A stretch of DNA of 64,000 nt from Octopus sinensis. Lineage: Eukaryota. Below the pieces are notes generated by a model that was given only the letters and a program-made list of their open reading frames with translations, made no database searches and was not told the DNA's origin. The DNA is taken from positions 24,986,001 through 25,050,000 of the forward strand of contig NC_043000.1 in NCBI RefSeq assembly GCF_006345805.1, given 5' to 3'. The translations under genes were made by a program, and so were the position numbers. Below are positions 60,962-64,000 of this stretch, piece by piece; the stretch's first letter is position 1; the number at the start of each line of letters is the position of its first letter.

Positions 60962-61738
60962 GCAAAGACTTGTTGAGGCAAGTGAAATCAAATAAAAATT
61001 GATGACTGGTGCAGAGAGCACCATATGAGTGTGATCGTTGACAGAGCAGCTAACCAGCTTCCATGCCAGTGGCACATAAAAGGCACCATTCGAGTGTGAT
61101 CATTACCAGCGTCGCCTTATTGGCACTTGTGCCCGTGCTAGTAGAGTGCTAAGAGTACCATCCGAGCGTGATCATTGCCAGAGCGGCTAACTAGCTTCTG
61201 TGCCGGTGGCACATAAAAGGCACCATTCGAGCATGATCGTTACCAGCATCGCCTTACTGGCACCTGTGCTGGTGGCATGTGTAAAAAGATTCGAGCAAGG
61301 TCATTGCCAGTACCACCTGACTGGCCCCTGTGCTGGTGGCACGTAAAAGCACCCACTACACTCTTGGAGTGGTTGACGTTAGGAAGGGCTGTAGAAACTC
61401 TGCCAGATCAAGATCGGAACCCGGTGCAGCCATCTGGTTCGCCAGCCCTCAGTCAAAATCATCCAACCCATGCTAGCATGGAAAGTGGACGTTAAACAAT
61501 GATGATGATGGTGATATATATATATATATAGCCTCCTCTGGCCCCTGTGCCAGGAGCATGTAAAAAACACCCACTACACTCACAGCATGGTTGGAGTCAG
61601 GAAGGGCATCCATCAGTAGAAACACTGCCAGATCAGTCGAGAGCCTGGTGCAGCCTCCTGGCTTCCCAGACCCTGGCCGAACCATCCAACCCAAGCTAGT
61701 ATAGAAAACAGACGTTAAAAGATGATGTTGATGATTGA
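60962..61738 (+). mobile_element. Family F retroposon (60962-61512) plus a second tandem 3' fragment (61535-61738)
   Basis: Five stem-loop units and a (GAT)n tail, then a repeated 3' end. Confidence 0.85.
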
Positions 61739-61959
61739 TACACATATATATATATACGTATATATATATATATATATATATATACGAGCAAAACGCCCCT
61801 CCTGTCCAATGGACAGTGCTGAGTTGTCAAACATTTCAACCAAATTTTCTCAAAACAACTTGTCCAACCGTCCCATAGGCCTCCCCTTTGAGAATCACTG
61901 ATTAAACCTAAATTTGAGACACTAGCAAAAGAAGAAATAAAGATAGACAAATGCATGTT

Positions 61960-62140
61960 CCCTCGGCTTTATCGATCGTCTTCTCAACTGGAATCGATTT
62001 TGTTATTTTTTCAAGACTTATACTCGCCCTGATACCATCAGTATCTACATATCAAATTTGAGTGCAATCAGATGGAGGATGCCTGAGATCCTAGAAGACA
62101 CACACACAGACAGACAGAACAGATTTTATATAATATATAT
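61960..62140 (-). mobile_element. DINE-1/Helitron-like terminal fragment
   Basis: tcaaatttgagtgcaatc...(ca)n-cagacagaacagattttatata, similar in organisation to the ends at ~45200-45300 and ~20480-20555. Confidence 0.4.
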
Positions 62141-62822
62141 TGCCAAGAATTGCCAAGAAGGCTGAGGGTATCTTGGCATCAGTCACCAAGTCCTTTGTGA
62201 GCCGATCTCCAGCTATCTATCTGCGGCTTTATATAGCTATGGTGCGACCTCACCTGGAATTTGTATCACCGGTCTGAAACCCCTATGTTGCCCAGGATAT
62301 TAATCGCCTGGAAGCCGTTCAGTGACGTGCAACCAAGAGAATACCCGCCATCAGGCACTTGCCATATTCTGAACGCCTGGGCATGGATACACTGAAACTC
62401 CGACATCTGGCAGCTGACCTGGCAGACACCCATAAAATTATTAACCATCTTACAAACAATAACTCTGAGCACCTTTTCAAACTCCACCTGTCTAACACCA
62501 TGGACATGTTTACAAAGTCAGAAAACAGCACAGCTCCCATGACTTTTGTAAACATTTTTTCCCGCCAAGAGTTGCTGAAGTATGGAATGAATTGCCAGCA
62601 TCAGTTGTTAGTTGTCGGAGCACTGCATCCTTCAAACTTCCATGCTTCCTGAGATTTGCCAACACTACACCTGATTTTTGTCCCCTCCAAACACACACAA
62701 GCATGTATCTGACTCATACACTGTTCACTTCCCAGACATTTGTACATTACTGCATATACTCTATATGCACTTTTGACAAGTTGTGGTGCACCTGAGCACT
62801 GTATACAATAATTTCATTATAT
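62141..62822 (+). mobile_element. CR1-clade LINE 3' fragment, decayed
   Basis: KKAEGILA...LYIAMVRPHLEF...DINRLEAVQ; same 3' UTR as 3707-4249. Confidence 0.88.
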
Positions 62823-62824
62823 AT

Positions 62825-63060
62825 CTATGTGTGTGTGTGGCTTTATGTCTGTGTTTGTCCTCTCCTACCATTTGACAACCAGTGTTGGTCTGTTTACATC
62901 CCTGAAGCTTAGTGGTTTGGCAAAACAGACCAATAGAATAAATACCAAGCTGAAAAAAAAAAAACTGAGTACTAGAGTCGATTCATTCCAATAAAAATTC
63001 GGGTAAGGTACTGCCCCCACATGGCCACACACTAATGACTGAAACAAGTAATAGATATAA
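62825..63060 (+). mobile_element. Family A-like 3' half
   Basis: tgtgtttgtcc...ttgacaaccagtgttggtctgtttacatcc...atgactgaaacaagtaa. Confidence 0.65.
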
Positions 63061-63524
63061 AGTACATGCGCAATAGTTTTTAAAAGCTATCATATTCAAG
63101 TAAAGGCCACATTAGGAGAGGACAGTACGTATTTTTATATCTAATAAAAACACTAACAAGTTCATCATTAATATTGTATGTTTTCAGTTTTTTTTAAAAG
63201 AAATTAATAATAAAGCTAGGTATCTGCGGTTATATCAGACGAGTGAAATTAGTGAATATAATGAACCGTCGGTGCTGGGAAGCGGATAATTCTTGTGTTT
63301 TGATTTAGTTCTAAGGTTTGGAATGGGTGGGGAAATGTGGAGGGTGGGGTGGGCGGGGGTTGGTGTTTTTTAATTAAAAAAACTCAAAGTGCAACCACAA
63401 TGGTTATTGGTTGCAGCATAGAGGGATTGGAATAAATAAATAGAAAAATAAACAGAAATGGAAATTGTTATTTTAAGCTTCGTAGTCAGATCATTAAGAT
63501 ATAATGTTGTTTAACGAGGAAGAA

Positions 63525-63550
63525 TATATGTATGTGTGTGTGTGTGCATG

Positions 63551-63608
<58 letters not shown>

Positions 63609-63740
63609 TGTATGCATATGCATATATGTATGTATGTACATATCAATATATATACATATATATACATAGATACATACACACATGCATGGATATATAGATA
63701 CATACAAATATATATGAATGAATGTATGTATGTATGTAAT
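63525..63740. repeat. (TA)/(TG)/(TACA) compound microsatellite
   Basis: Directly visible. Confidence 0.9.
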
Positions 63741-64000
63741 GAAATTTTTTGTGTTTATTATGTAAGATTCTTCATGTGAAACGATGTGTTCAAACAGATG
63801 TTGTTGTGCAACAAATGTCACACACACACACACACACACACTGAAAACTTATTTGTCGGCTTTTAGATTTGTTAACTTCAAACTTGTATTACATAACTTT
63901 TAAAATATATATGTACATAAACAGCAAAAAAAAACATACATACATGCATCTATTCATATATATATATATGCATGCATGTCTATAAATTCATATAAGTGTA

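Noticed and set aside
60990-61350. CRISPR-like repeat/spacer appearance of the family F array
   Set aside because: Eukaryotic context, no cas genes, variable parts only 9-10 nt and drawn from about four recurring types, and the array lies inside a dispersed retroposon.

Overview
AT-rich, repeat-dense eukaryotic genomic DNA, most likely octopus/cephalopod, judged from the recurrent tRNA-headed SINE families and abundant (TA)n/(CA)n/(GATA)n tracts. I recognise one host coding exon: the first coding exon of a MAGI-family scaffold gene (PDZ0 domain) on the minus strand at 37033-37489, ending at a GTAAGT donor. No later MAGI exon was recognised, so 1-37032 is probably first-intron sequence. About 32.3-40.1 kb is a SINE-free island with candidate promoter and enhancer motifs. 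The rest is a mosaic of SINE-like families (my working labels A-H), decayed RTE and CR1 LINE pieces, two Penelope-like fragments with degenerate hammerhead motifs, a deleted mariner, a hAT MITE, piggyBac-type TTAA MITEs and Helitron-like elements. The most unusual structures are: SINE D multimers of a 184-bp unit enclosed by single TSDs; family F retroposons carrying arrays of short stem-loops with interchangeable loop types; Penelope-like fragments found twice inside the microsatellite spacer of family A; a ~190-bp foldback at 26.1 kb; and a 56-bp palindromic satellite at 58.4-60.9 kb. I see no clear new protein-coding system. All calls are by eye, repeat-family names are working labels, and many boundaries are approximate.
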